A stretch of 64,000 nt of DNA from Lepidodermella squamata (lineage: Eukaryota > Animalia > Gastrotricha), in assembly GCA_047495785.1 (NCBI GenBank), contig JBLDXI010000004.1:2852001-2916000 (forward strand), read 5' to 3'. A model generated the notes under the pieces. The model saw nothing but the letters and a program-made list of their open reading frames with translations, did no database searches and was not told where the DNA came from. The position numbers were made by a program, and so were the translations under genes. The stretch's first letter is position 1. The number at the start of each line of letters is the position of its first letter. Shown one piece after another: positions 24,197-37,464 of the stretch.

Positions 24197-25804
24197 GAAA
24201 CACTACGCAAATACTGACAAAAACAGCAACAGGACTCTTTCGTCCTGAGATATCATGTCGCCAGACGTAATCATTTATATTTGGTCTCATCGGTTGGTTG
24301 ATATTTTGCCATTTGAATAGGCGTCGGGGCTAAATTGCCGGGGCTGTTTTGCCTTGGGCTGAATTTTCGTCCAAATGCTCAACATGGATAAACTAATTTG
24401 TATAGAATTTTCAAAAATAGGCTATCAATTTTTTATTTTGATTTGCACGTGCCTTTTTCTCTCTTTTTTACAACCTCAATCTTTTCAATCTCAATCTTTT
24501 AGCACTACTCTTTAAAATTACATACTGGCCCGGTGCCAGCATTACATTTCATCGATAATTGCACGATTTCATTTAATTTTATTATCTACTAATTGAATTA
24601 CCCAAGCCAGGATTAGCGTGGCTTGTCCCACCCCTTATCTTCAACCCCCCATTTAATTTATTTTACATTTTACTCGGTCTCATGATGGGCCGTGGTGGTT
24701 GTGGTGGTCACTCGGGCTCATTTAGAGCCCCCAGTCAACGCCAGGTCGGCGATAAAGCAGGCCCTACACAAGCTGATCTCGGCAAGTGGCTCGCTGGGAA
24801 TGGAAGGGAAACCAAGCAATAGTCTTCGAATACTGCTGATCAAGGCAAACGCAAAGTTTCCCTGTTTTCCTGTTTAGGAATGCTGCTCAGTGATGCTGTT
24901 TCCCTGTATCAGGCGGCCACTATACCACTACACCACGGTAGCGGCGATATTTGGGTTTTGGCGAATTCTTTTGTAATGTGCATCTTTTGGGATAATGGCT
25001 GTTTAAAAATGCTGAATCGGCGTCGTTTCCGGCGGCTCCTAAATTCGCAACCAAGTATCGACAGTCAATAAATTGAATAGCGGCGGATAGACCTCAAAAT
25101 TCTGTACAAGCTATCAGAGGCCGCTGAACAAAATCACCGCCGATTAGGTCGAAATTGGCTCTTGTAATCGCGACTTGGGCCTTCCCCGCAAGGTATTTTG
25201 ACTGACGTTGCGCGCGATTTCAGACCGAACCAAGGAACATTTAGTAGGAGTGGCCATATTTTTCTGTTTACGTTACTTGCGAATCATCAGTTGTTTATCA
25301 AACATTTTACACAAAAGACATATGGATATCAAAGATTTTGCGATAAAAAGAGCTAACGAGAAAAAATGCAGAGTACCGCGCGATATAAATAATTAAAAAA
25401 TAATTCAATATATTTTTGACGACATGCTTTTTGACCCTTAGCCGCCGAAGACGTGTACACGCGTTAATTCCGGAGAAAATTCACCGTGGTCGTCGGAAAT
25501 AATTTTGAACATTATTTTTATTGTGGAAAATGGAAAAAAGTTGACGGTTGACGGTTCATGACAGTATTTTACCTGTATTTCAATCAAAAACCCCGACGTC
25601 TCAGTAGTCACTGACAGAAATTTATTGGAGTTCCTCATACATTTAATTTGAGACAGAACGAAAAAGATATGCTTAATAAAAGTCAACACAAATTTCCGGG
25701 AGAAATGAATGCGATCATCACGCGGCATCACAGATCACAGCTGATAGATTTCTTCTAGTTAAATTTCCAGGTTCAGTAGCCTTAGAGCCAAGTAGCCTGC
25801 TTCC

Positions 25805-28800
25805 TTAAAACCGTTCGCATATGGCGCGTTTGGATAAAGAACACGAAGCCAACACAAGTCCGTTCATATTCGCGTGTATACCTGAATTATAAAACACGAA
25901 TGTTATTTGTTAGAATTTTAGACTATTTAAGCCCCCTTATCTCGCTCGCCTTACTCACAGTGTTTCGTGTTATCAGGCGTCTGTGGAATGCCGAGGAATG
26001 TGGCGTTAGCCGGCTCGCCTGTAATGAAGGAATAAGTTGTTGGGTTCGCTCGTTTCGCGCCAATGAACGGCCATTCAGTGTCTGTGGCAATCGTTTTTGC
26101 CTTATCGAACATCGCCTGATCTTTGATAATCGCCAGCGATTTATTGAGGCGCTGGCAAGCGTTCACTGCATCAGCTCGCGTGCCTTTTGATGCCGTGCGT
26201 TCCAAGCTCGCTGGGGTCTGAAAAATTGCATTGCTTTCAAAAAATGAACAAATACTGTCTCCTACTTACATCTCCACAAAGACCGTAACTAGGGCCCGAG
26301 CAGCTTGCATCCAAAATGCCTAACGTTGAGATGCGCATACCTAATTAACACGACAAGTAAGAATACAAACTCGCTGTATTAATCGTGGTTTTCAGACTTC
26401 GACATCGACAATAATATTGATTTAAACTGTACAGACAGCGGTTGGCTCTAAATCATTTGGCAGCTCGGGGATCCAAGATCGCACCCTGGCCGAGGCATCC
26501 CAGCTCAAAATTTCTACTTCGCACACTGGTTTCCGCTGAGCGTACTTCCCTGTTACGCCTTTACAGGTCTAATATTTCACCGCGAGGACAGGATTTCGAA
26601 ATTTTGTCGCATAAACATTTGGACTCAGGAAATGTTTTCAAATTTCAATAATTAATTCATGTGAATATGAAATTATTCATTAGGGTAAAGTGACCTAATG
26701 TGTCATAATTTCGCTTACTTTTTTTCGAGGCCCGATATCTACTCACCTGAGGGGTCCCGGCCCGATTTTGTTTGACAGGGACCTCAGTTAGGGTCTTGGC
26801 TTCGATAATCCGTCGAAAAAATTCGACCCCGATGCCTATTGTGAGTGTGGCAGCAGGTGTTGTGACGCAAGAGACCGATTATGACAAATTAGGAGCCGGC
26901 GCCTATTTCGTCATAATTTTTCGACCAACGGTCCTAATTGTCATAATGGGGTCTAGTTTTTTTTTGACCTGCCGTTATAGGAGTAGGTGAATCGAGGCCG
27001 GCGGATTCGATTCTGAGGTTCAAATCATTCAAAAATTAACTGTTGTCAAGATTTTCCGACCACTAAATGCTCTATGTTGTTTTTAATCCAAATTTTACTG
27101 CCTTTTCCCAGTCAGAAGCACAAATTTTAGGAAATTTCTTCCAATTCGTAGTAATGTGGTGACCCTTCAACTAAAATGCTCTGGTTAGAGTGTAATTTCT
27201 GTTTAGTTGTCATGAAAATAGGCTCCTTTGCATGCTGTACACTGTACATGCCGAATGGCCTTAGCCTAGTTTCCTAACACTAATTAAGGCTAAATAGGTA
27301 ATCTAATATGCCTAATTTCGATCTCGAACAGCTTAATTCGGTATCAGGAATTCTTTGGGGCATCCCTGGCTAGCAAAGGCCGACCATGTCAAGTTGGTAT
27401 TGTTCGGAAATGACCCTATGGCGCTATCTGGAAACTAGTGAAACCGCAAATAAATATGTACCTACCGAGTGCACTAAGATCCAAATTTTTCGATTCTGCC
27501 TCGATCTTAACGTAAATTTTGATGACGGATGGCATCAGCTTACCAAGGTAGAGGAGCCAACCAATAGGATTTGGCAATATTTCCGTAGACTTATCGATTA
27601 AACTCAGATGAACTAAAACCCATTTTGCCATTCGTTCTCACATCTAATCAATCCTACCAAATCTGCTAGATCAATAGTAGCCTTGAATTGGTCCCAGAAG
27701 TTCGTTAATGGGCTCATCAAACTATAGTAGGAGTGATATATGAGCTTTAGATGGCCTTATGATGATTTAAGAATGACAAAAACTCGGCTGGAAATTCCAA
27801 AAGGAAACAAATTTTGGCAATTAAAGGCATAGATGGCATAGATCATAATCGGTCTCTTGCGTCACAACACCTGCTGCCACACTCACAGTAGGCATCGGGG
27901 TCGAATTTTTTCGACGGATTATCAAAGCCAAGACCCTAACTGAGGTCCCTGTCAAAAAAAATCGGGCCGGGACCCCTCAATTGTAAATAAATTCATGGGG
28001 CGGCATGGAACACTGCTATAAATATTAAATAATTCGTTGTTTCATCAAGAAAACTTACATTCCCCAGAGTTTGATGGGGCGATAGCCATCCAGAATGGCG
28101 AATCCATTATAACAGGACTGCCGTCGTCCCACTTGAAATCAGCCACAATGCCAACTAACAAATATAAATAGCCTGCCATCTGCAAGGCGACAGCCAAGTC
28201 ATCCGGCGTGGAGAATGTTGCCAGGCGCCCACCCGCATTTTTACAAGCAACTCTTTGTTTATTAAAGACCCCAATGCTGGTCAGCGCAAAGTACTTAGGG
28301 GGCTTCGTAACGTCAGCTAAGCAGCTTGCGTAGTTATCAGCAAACAACGTGGAGTTTGAGTAAGTTTTAACCTAATAATCCAGGAAAATTTGCAATGAGG
28401 ATATAGTTAACTGTAAAGTTTCAAGGCTCGTTACCTTGGTGGAACCATCTGGGCAGATGTTGTAACACTTCTTGCCATTTTGTGTATTATTACACTGAAC
28501 AGCAAACTAGAGGCAAAATTAAACCGATTCAAAAGCATAATTTCGTACTCTGATCAACTAATACTTCAACCATTACTGGCTGAACTGCTCTCGCCGTTTG
28601 GTGATATATACTATCGTCTAACCCTGAAAACGATGGGCGACGATACCACTGGACGGGCTGAGGGAACTTCATTCATTATTACAGTCACTAACCACTGATG
28701 TCTACATTCTGCTCCTCTTATAAGGCAAGAAGTTTCAGATGGATTAAGGTTTGAAGTATTAACCCAAAAACTAACCTTTGATAAGCAAGTGGCCTTATTC

Positions 28801-31800
28801 CTGTAGACACCAGATGAGAATTGTGCGGTTTCATTTGCCAAGCATGTTGTGCTGTTCAGTCGGCATGCAGTGAACGCGTTAGTGGTGGAATCGAAGCAGC
28901 GAATGTGGGGCTTCACGGAATCAGCTACTGCGCCTGAATAAAATTATAATGCTTGAAGTATTCAAGATATCAAGACGGTTTTTGGAAACAAATAAGTAAC
29001 CCTACTGCAACATTGAAGCTGAGATTCCATCGCTGGATGATAGCTGGATTATAGCTGGATTAGAGTTGGAACTTTCTAATCCCGATTAAATTAACTTGCT
29101 CATTATGGAACCACTCGAAAGTATATTTTTCAACTGCGCACGCTGATTAGACACTAGTCACTAGATACTGGATCGATCTAATGACTCCGGGAAGAAACAT
29201 TCGGCCTAGCGATACATAAAGCGTATCCTGATTTGATGATGTTCGACCATATCCGGGTGCCATGGTTGGGTATCGATGGATATTCAGCCCGCTATTCCGG
29301 CTGCGCCTCGGAACTTTAAAGCTAGCTTCAGGGCCCATATTCATCATCGTATCCTCTATGAATGTACACCCTGATATTATATACAATTTTTGATTTTATG
29401 TGGCAGAAAAAACTCAAAATTAGGGGAAGAATCCACCTGTTTCTCCTTTTGTACTATCGCTACTATGAAATTAGCAATCCACGATGGCTTTGCAGGCTGA
29501 AGATAACGCGAAAACCGATGGCAGGTAGCGCAATTACGCGTAACATTAAAATCTATCGGCTGGGGTCGATACTAAGATTGAGATTCTAGGGCATAAGATT
29601 AACTTGAAATAATTTGTGGTTGAAATCCAGGGCTGGTATCTCAAAGCCAGGGTGACCCTGACTTATCTCAGTGAAATGAAAATCATCCGTAGTCCGTAGA
29701 ATATAGAATATCAAACAAACTTACTGCCGAAATTTTGAAGACACGCATCCAAGCTAGCGAACCCTGTTTTCCCTTTCACCTGAAAAACAGAAGGTATTAA
29801 AAGGTACAATTTGGCGGCGAAAGATTACCGTAGCATTGGAGCAGGGAAAATTGCTAGGAATGCATGTGACGAATTGCTGAGCCGAATCGACACATGAGTC
29901 AAATCTCTGTTTCTGTTCATTCGATTTGTGTCAAGTTATCAAAATAAGTCATGATTTATTACCAGAAATCGGTTCAAATCCGTAGTACAATTGTACATGT
30001 TATTTCTCAGCGGTAAAAAGCCGTTGTAAGAGCTGCCGATCTATAATTTAAAATGCTAACGTTAGTGGCAGAATGACAGCGATAGAAACATGGGATTAAG
30101 AGTGCACGTTTTTTCTTCGGAAGAAACAACCGTAAATACTGAATTTTCTAAGGCTGAAATAAAAGGACATGGGTTCACCTCAGAATTTAAGACGCGTTTT
30201 GGCCATGAAGGGATGAAATCACTGCTCTAAAAAAAGTGGTTCTAAAACTATTTCCTCTTCCAGCAAAATGTTTTCTTTCGATTCATGCATACCTGGCAGA
30301 TCAGATGTCCTATTTTCATCGCCGCCGCTGGCGACCTTTCCTGTGACATTACTGCTTGACCCCTTGGCCGACTTGTACCTTGGCCCCTTTTTGTAAACTA
30401 CTGGATTGAAGCCGTCGAAAGATCCGTCCGGCCGCAATTCAAGAGTGGCACACCTCTGCTGGCCGGCGAGGGTTTATCTAGCCACCCTCAACACGTCCCA
30501 AATTTCGAGCATTTTGGCTATTGTTGCTATGGAGGTTTTGAGATCCATTTAAAAAAAAACAAATCCTCTGTGCATCGAGGCGTAAAACCGTCTCCCTGTT
30601 AAATTTTCTTAATCTCTTGTGAATCCACCTCGGAGTAATAACTGAGGCTGCAATCTGTAATTGACAGTAATTGTCTTCAATCAAAGTCACGGAGCCGAAT
30701 TTGATCTTTTAAGGCTAATTACTGTTCATCTAAAGCAGTGGTTCTCATACCCTGGCATGCGAGCCAATCGTGGCACTCTAAGAAAACTAATTGGCATGCG
30801 TGCCAAAAATGGCACGCGGAGGGTTGTGACTGCGTGCTAAGTGTGAAATCAGATTGCCCATTTCCCCTTTTTTCTTCATTTTAATAGGTGAAAGATGCGT
30901 GAAAATTTTCTCGCTTCACTTGTTTGATCGGTTCGAATTATCCAACATACCTAAACATACCTACCGTATTTTGCCCTGTATTTAGGGTCTGCCCTCTATT
31001 TCGGTTCTGCTTTTTATTTATTTGAAGCTATTCAGTCACGGAAAAATACCTAGATCAACCTAGATAAAACAGCTATAGCTACTGCCTTCCATCCGTGACG
31101 TAACGTGGCGTGTATGCTCAAGTGGATTAAGGTGGATAAAGAATAAAAAACGATTAACGCACATACTGACGAAAATCGCAACCTATCCAACTAACACCAC
31201 TTGCCCAGCAGGCGCTAATGTAAGCCACTTCATATAAATAATTCAACTGATGCGCACGAGCCAAGTCCTGATTTTTAACAAATTTTAAACCGCGCGCGAA
31301 GATGCAACAGGGTTACTTTCAAATATTGCGTCGGTTTTTATACCAAAAAAAATTCAGACAATTCACTATCGATTGAACATGGGGTTCTCGCTCGAAAAAA
31401 TTCAAATAAAAAGTTTAAAAGTACAAAAAAGGTACGCGCACCTGAAATTTTGCGCGCGAGTTGAGAGCTCGCCCACTCGCTTGTCAAAAGTTCGGATGTG
31501 CGGTAAACGTTTTTCCGTTAATTCTTCACGCGAGAAATCCATATCTAGTCGATAGAGAATTTTCGGAACTTTCTTTTGGTATAAAAACCGCCTAAATAAT
31601 CAAAATTTGCCCTTTGACTTTACCGCACGCGGCCTTGAAATTTCCATAGTTGTGCGCGTTTTGTCCACTTTTACCCTCCGACTGGACGGAACTAATATGG
31701 GCCTGGAATTGAGCTATTAATACAGTTCTGCCCTTTATTATTTCAAATGATCATTGCTGTCTGCCCTTTATTCCGGTTGCACATTTACGGATCCGCGGTG

Positions 31801-34334
31801 GTTTCCTCCGGTCACTAAAAAGCCGCGAAATGCTAGTTTTCACTAACAATTAATTGCCCGCACGCTATTGGTCGATTCAAAAATAAGCGCGGGAGTCGCA
31901 TTAATGCCACAGCGAAACAAAATAACCGTCGACTTCACAGATTCATGGTTAATAATGCAGACCGGCGCAAATAGAAGAGCCTCATTTTTAGATGCTGTTA
32001 CAAGTGGATTTTATGTGAAAATGATTGGAACAATTTTCCAAAAAATCCCAAATACAGTGAAATCAATAATTGGAAAAATTTGCAAAGGCTGTGATTTTCA
32101 CCCGAATATCAACATTTTCCTGGCTGAAAATTAGAAAAATTTGGCATAATCACCCAAAACGATCGCCCAAAAATTCAACGAAAATTGTCAATGAAAAGCG
32201 CGGAAAAACTGGACGCTAAATCACAGGTGGACTAGAATTTTGAATATCAATAACAAGTTTTTTGTTTTATACGGGTGAGGTTGTCACAAGTCATTACACA
32301 TTACAGTATGGCAGTTTTTACGTTCGTTCATGCTGCTTTCGTGGCTATAGTTTTTTTCCTTCAGTAGTAAAATATCACATAGCAATAAAACTTGCTAACG
32401 CTATTTTTTGCAACACACAACAATTTCCGCGCATTTATTAATTAGGTCACTACACACAAGTTATGAATGGCTTGCAGCCAGCTCAGTGCGTGCATTGCGA
32501 TCATCTTCCGTTCTTATTTCGACAAAAATTAACGATAAAATTGGGCCTTCGAAATTAAAAAAAATAGGGGTATTTCTTTCTGCCATTCAATTGAAAATTA
32601 TAACTTAATTTGTGGCCATCGATTTAAAAGCAGCAAATGGATATTAGGCAATTTTTATTTATAATTTTGCAAAATGCCAAGCGTAAAATTTGTCGCATCA
32701 AGGTGATTTAAATTGCTTGCAAATTGAAGCCTTGGCTTATTTTTTCCAATAATTTTTGCTAAATTTTTCTTTCGAAATAAATAATTTATTCATTTCTTAG
32801 TGGAGTAATTTTCACAATAAGTCAATTTTTGCAGTTTGTGAGAATGTAGGATGTAGGTCTTAATATTCCCGTCTTAATATATCCGTCGGTCTTGACTTTT
32901 AGCCACAAACCTGCAAAGTCAACCGTTGTTTTGTTTTACAGTGGCATTAGTGCGGTTCCCGCGTTTATTTTTGAATCGACCAATAGCGTGTAAGCAAATA
33001 ATTATTATGGAAAACTAGCCTTTCACGGCTTTTTAGTGGCCGGAGGAAACCACCGCGGATCCGTAAATGTGCATTCCGGTTCTGTCCTACATTTGGGTCC
33101 TGCCTAATAATTCGTAAAATACGGTAAATTACGTGAACACAGAGATGCAAAATCCTTGATGAAAACAGCTTTTGAGGATGAATTTCGGTCTGCGATGAGT
33201 TGACGAAAACCAGCCTGGTTTGTCGCAAGAATTTCATGAGCTAAAAAAATGAAGTATGAGCGGACACCGCCGATTCGAAAAAATGGAAATGTGGCTCTTT
33301 TGGCGAAAATCGCCACGGTTGACTGCTATAATTAGTGATTTTCGCGTAAAATATCTGAGAAATGTATGACGAAGTTTTTCCGAGGTATGCTATAGCTTGA
33401 CGACCCGCACCTTAGTGGGTCAGCTCATGCTACTTTTCGATCAGATTAATAAGGATAAGAACCGCATCCGATTAAAGGCCGCCGAGTTTTTGGGCCTTTT
33501 CCAGAAAATAGTCGCATATTCAACAACTTATTCAACAATTTATCATAACTGATAACTGACATGGAAATTCAATGTTTGGATCCTATCCATAGATCACGGA
33601 CCTCCATGATCCCATAAAATCTCTACATGTCTTCTTCAAAGGCAATGCCGCCATGATATTCAAAAATCGGCATAAACAGCTCAAAATCCAACTCGAATGA
33701 TAACTCGAATCAAGAATTGGAAAATTTGACGCGGCTCTGTGAGCACTGGTTTGTTTATCGCGCACTGGCTAAGCGTACACAAAGTGTGTTAGGATGATTG
33801 GCTACTTGATCACAGCGAGCGTTAAAATCTAGGTGTGCGTGACGCAATCACGTCCAGATAAATTCGGAATGGTGAAAATTTGTTAAATTTTCCAAAAAAA
33901 TCATGAATCGTCTTCATGAAAGAAAATTGAAATTTCAACTAACCATGATCTCGCCTTCTTTCGCACAGCCAGGGATGCCCGGTCGGCATATCGCTGCCTG
34001 AGTCGCCAATCGGTAGCACAATCTAGCAGTCTGTGGATGTAACACAATTCAATTAACAATTCAAGCCGCAAACACAATCGAAAAAAGAAACTCACCGATG
34101 TCATGCACTTTGATTTATCCGACCAACTTCCGCCGAGCTGGTGAAAGAGAACAACTTGAAAATTATTTAGGCAGGTTAGAAATTATTAACCTGGTATTCG
34201 CTCAATTGAAAACAGCCGTTTGGTAATTCGCGGCAACTCGTGAACGTATCGTCGAATTGCGAGAAGCAGCGAGCCCATTCGCCACACCGAACCGTATCGA
34301 TTGCGAAGAAAAAGACGAGGAAAATTGGCTTCAT
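25805..34334 (-). CDS. Gene B: secreted protein with five four-Cys modules and two C-type lectin-like domains (475 aa)
   Basis: Twelve exons splice in frame (1428 nt): 34334-34191, 34137-34096, 34030-33944, 30040-29963, 29912-29829, 29779-29725, 28933-28776, 28494-28435, 28371-28059, 26340-26270, 26217-25959, 25881-25805. Signal MKPIFLVFFFAIDTVRC; CTLD motifs GGRLAT/FKWDDGS and FIGAKR/AICE. Confidence 0.85.
26681..27979. mobile_element. Intronic DNA-transposon derivative with ~135-bp inverted repeats
   Basis: 26748-26885 is the reverse complement of 27843-27979 with few mismatches. Left terminus tagggtaaagtgacc. Confidence 0.75.
31309..31613. mobile_element. Nested MITE with long imperfect TIRs
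   Basis: cggtttttataccaaaa / ttttggtataaaaaccg, plus ctatcga/tcgatag inverted segments. Confidence 0.55.
31779..33072. mobile_element. MULE-type non-autonomous element, 9-bp TSD ATTCCGGTT
   Basis: ~60-bp TIRs beginning gcacatttacggatccgcggtggtttcctccgg; TSD at 31770-31778 and 33073-33081. Confidence 0.9.
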
Positions 34335-35082
34335 TATCACACAAAGTAAGCGTGGAAATAATAAAAGTGAAATCAGCGTTTGGAATGAACAATTATTAAA
34401 AACATGTTTTGAATTTTGAGACGGAAGCGCGTGGCTATATTTTCAGGCACGTGGAAATAATTTCCATTGTAGGTGACGGATTATTTTTTTAGTTGTAGTT
34501 TTTGTGAATAGTTTTCATTCATCGCCAATCGCCATTTAATAAATGAGCAAAAGGTCACCGACCCCACGACCTCAGCGCCATCAGTATCATTGCGGCGCGC
34601 TACGCACAAAAATAGAAGAAAAAAACGGTTGTCATTCATCGATAACAGGGCATCAGTGCGAAAAAATTCAAATTCGATTAAAATATGCATTACTGCGAAA
34701 AAGCAAGAACTGGGCGCTCTAATTAATTAATTGGAAATTTGGTTTTCTATTCTTAATAGTGCGATGCCCTTGAATCAGTCATCATCGTCTTTTCAATGCA
34801 AACTGGGCGAGCATGTCTTCGAATCCGGAACTAGGTCAACAAGAAAACGACCTGACCCAGGACGAAAGCGACTCAAAGTCCAACCGCGACCTCGACTCGA
34901 GTCAGACGGGAGCACTCAGCAGCCAATCGCGTGCGGTCATTCGGCAAAGCAGCAAAAAAAACAAAATAAAAGACCTCACATCGCAATAAACTGGATGAAA
35001 CTGGATGAAGCAGTTGATGAAAATGACGGAATACACCTGACAAATTATGAAAACATGATTAATTGAAATATAATAATAATGA

Positions 35083-35480
35083 TCTTTACTCTTTACTCTT
35101 CGTGACTGAGCGTCTAGTACCGTTCCCGGTTTTGAAGAGGCGAAGGCAGGCGAAGATTGATCCTCAGGCAACTGGGGTAATTATAGCCGTTGACCATTTC
35201 TTCTGGGACTCTCTTATCTATCCAAGCTCAATTCAAAATTTCCCTGAGCCATTCAATATTGGCGTCGCTCAGAGGTTCGACCATTTCGGGTCTTACTTCA
35301 TCTATACCCGGGGCTTAACCGTTTTTCATGTGGTCGATGGCATTTTATATTTCTGTAATTTCTGTTCAATTTTGATTTTTATCTAATAGAATTTCATCGT
35401 CGGGGTTATTAGGTTCCTTTTCAAGTCCTTGTAATAGATCCATAAAATAAGTTTTAATTACTTCTAATATTTCCTAAAAT
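35083..35480 (-). mobile_element. Decayed non-LTR retrotransposon fragment (RT domain 0 fused to the 3' tail)
   Basis: MKNG*APGIDEVRPEMV...VPEE/WSTAIITPV; tail gacgctcagtcacgaagagtaaagagtaaag. Confidence 0.7.
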
Positions 35481-36469
35481 TTGAACCAAAACCCCAAATT
35501 GAATTTCTGGGAGTTTATTAATGGCACTATTAAGCTGATCTGCTTGCCTGAACTTCATGGTTTAGCTGAGCTGGCTGCAAGCTGAGCTTGTTACTCGAGT
35601 CGAGGCTATGTGCACCCCCTGAAAAAGGTACCACTAAGTTGCTATGCGTACCCTTTTACTTTCAGGGGTACAACAAATTTGCTGTGTGTACCCACCTTAG
35701 AAAACGTTTAAAAAATATCGTAAACGATCTGAAATTATGAAATTTTGACCCTTATTAGCGATTAGTTATTTTTAGATCTAATTCTTGGCAGCTCCGCATG
35801 ACAAATGCCCATCCTCACCTAGGACCAGGCCCAAGCCCAATGAGAATTGCATTGAAATAAGAATTAAAATTCAGAACCATCCAGGACAACTTCAGATATA
35901 GGTTGGTGTTCTCCGAACAACTGCAGCTCAAATCCAATAGGCCTCTGTTAAAAGACGTTCGAGAGCACGGTGATATAGACGAAACTAGTCTCGAACAATT
36001 CTGGCGCGAGAACAAATATTGTACGCTGGCGGCCTCTTGCCTCTTGGATTTGTGCTACGGTTGTTTAGGACACTTGTCCCTGTTCCCTGTTATTGAAACC
36101 GGCTCGAAATTCCTCGATCCTTCTTGGTTATGATCCCAAAGGCGTCATCCACGCGTCGGCCATCCGGTGACACTTTTTAGATTTGTGATTGCTTCATGTT
36201 TAAAAAGCGAACGAAACCACTTGGACTTGGACCAGCGACTTGGAAAGGGTGGAGGACAAACGCAGAGTGATTGAGTTCACAAAAATCACGAACGAAATCA
36301 GTCTTCAATTTACCGTAAATACGATTTGAAAGGCTAGATCGAAGTCCTATAGGGCATGGTCTGAGTTCTCTTGAGATTTCAAGACCGGTTTGCACTGATT
36401 TGAGTCTGCTAGGACATTTTCCTGAAAACGATCTTCAAAAGCAAAAGAATACAGCGCCTTATAATCAAC

Positions 36470-37000
36470 TTTGCATCCCGCAGTTCATCCCGCAGCTCAT
36501 TCCGCACAGTGTCATCCCGCACTTAAGGAGTATGAAATAAAGAAAAATCGGACGCGGGCGGGACTCAAACCAGTGACTACAATCACCAAACACGCACACT
36601 AATCGATTGCGCCACCGGTCCAATCACAATAAGATATACAGAACGGCGATACTTGGTTCGCGCAGAAATTGCGTGCTAAGTCAGTCAAATTGGCGTGCGG
36701 CCAAGGCTAAAATCGCGATTCCTGAAGCTGATTTCGACGCGATCGGCGGCGAATTTGGTTTTTATAAGGGATCATGATGTCGTTTCGGTATCTCTAAAAC
36801 GGCGAAACGACATTTTCCAGGAAATTATCCGCAGAAATATTCACAAAAATAGCGTTAACTCAGAGAGCGAAGTGCCGCTGGGGATGGTAGGGATAATCCT
36901 TTCCAGTTCCATCGGTGAACTCAGTCAAAAACCAAAGAGGGGACCCATATGTCGATTTTCCTTATCCTTACCAGTTCCGCTGTCCTACTTCGCTATCTGC
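36470..37000. mobile_element. CACTA-like element remnant with CCCGCA repeats and a minus-strand tRNA-like unit (36543-36621)
   Basis: Minus strand: A box TGGCGCAATCG, B box GGTTTGAGTCC, T5. The gggatggtaggga...ccagttcc motif at ~36880 is shared with ~5633. Confidence 0.5.
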
Positions 37001-37464
37001 TAAAGCTCGCTGAAAACAGACTGAAAATGCGCTCAAGAGCCCAACAGACTGGAAATTACAAGAAAAATATGTTCAAACAGCGTGATATATTTGAGCTTTG
37101 ACGCAGAATTTCGAAATTCTGAGCATCTTTTGCCACCCAGAAAAATGATAAAAACGAAAAACCGCAAGATAGAAATAATTTTGATTTTGGCTTCCACGCG
37201 TCTAAACATCAAGGCCCGCTCCGGCCTGTTTTTAAATAACTACAAATCCGGCTCGGCTCGGCCCAACAAAAGTATCATCACCTGTACTTTGAGTACAGCA
37301 TCTCTCCTGTACTATAAGTACAGTAATTTATTTATTTATTTATTCCTAACTCGAGTAACATTGGGCCGTGCGTATATGTGTACAGCCCGATTTCTACAGT
37401 ACTCAGCTTAACACGTTTTTCAACGATCGATTCGGTTTCGGTTGACTGATTCAGCTTGACAATC

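Larger units (their letters stand above)
30964..33124. mobile_element. Pogo/Tigger-like non-autonomous element (TA|CCGTATTTT...AAAATACGG|TA)
   Basis: Terminal ccgtatttt TIRs with TA duplication; hosts nested MITEs. Confidence 0.7.

Noticed and set aside
35903-36133. hAT dimerisation domain (LEQFWRENKY..LA)
   Set aside because: Only a short resemblance; the diagnostic S...ER.FS motif does not follow.
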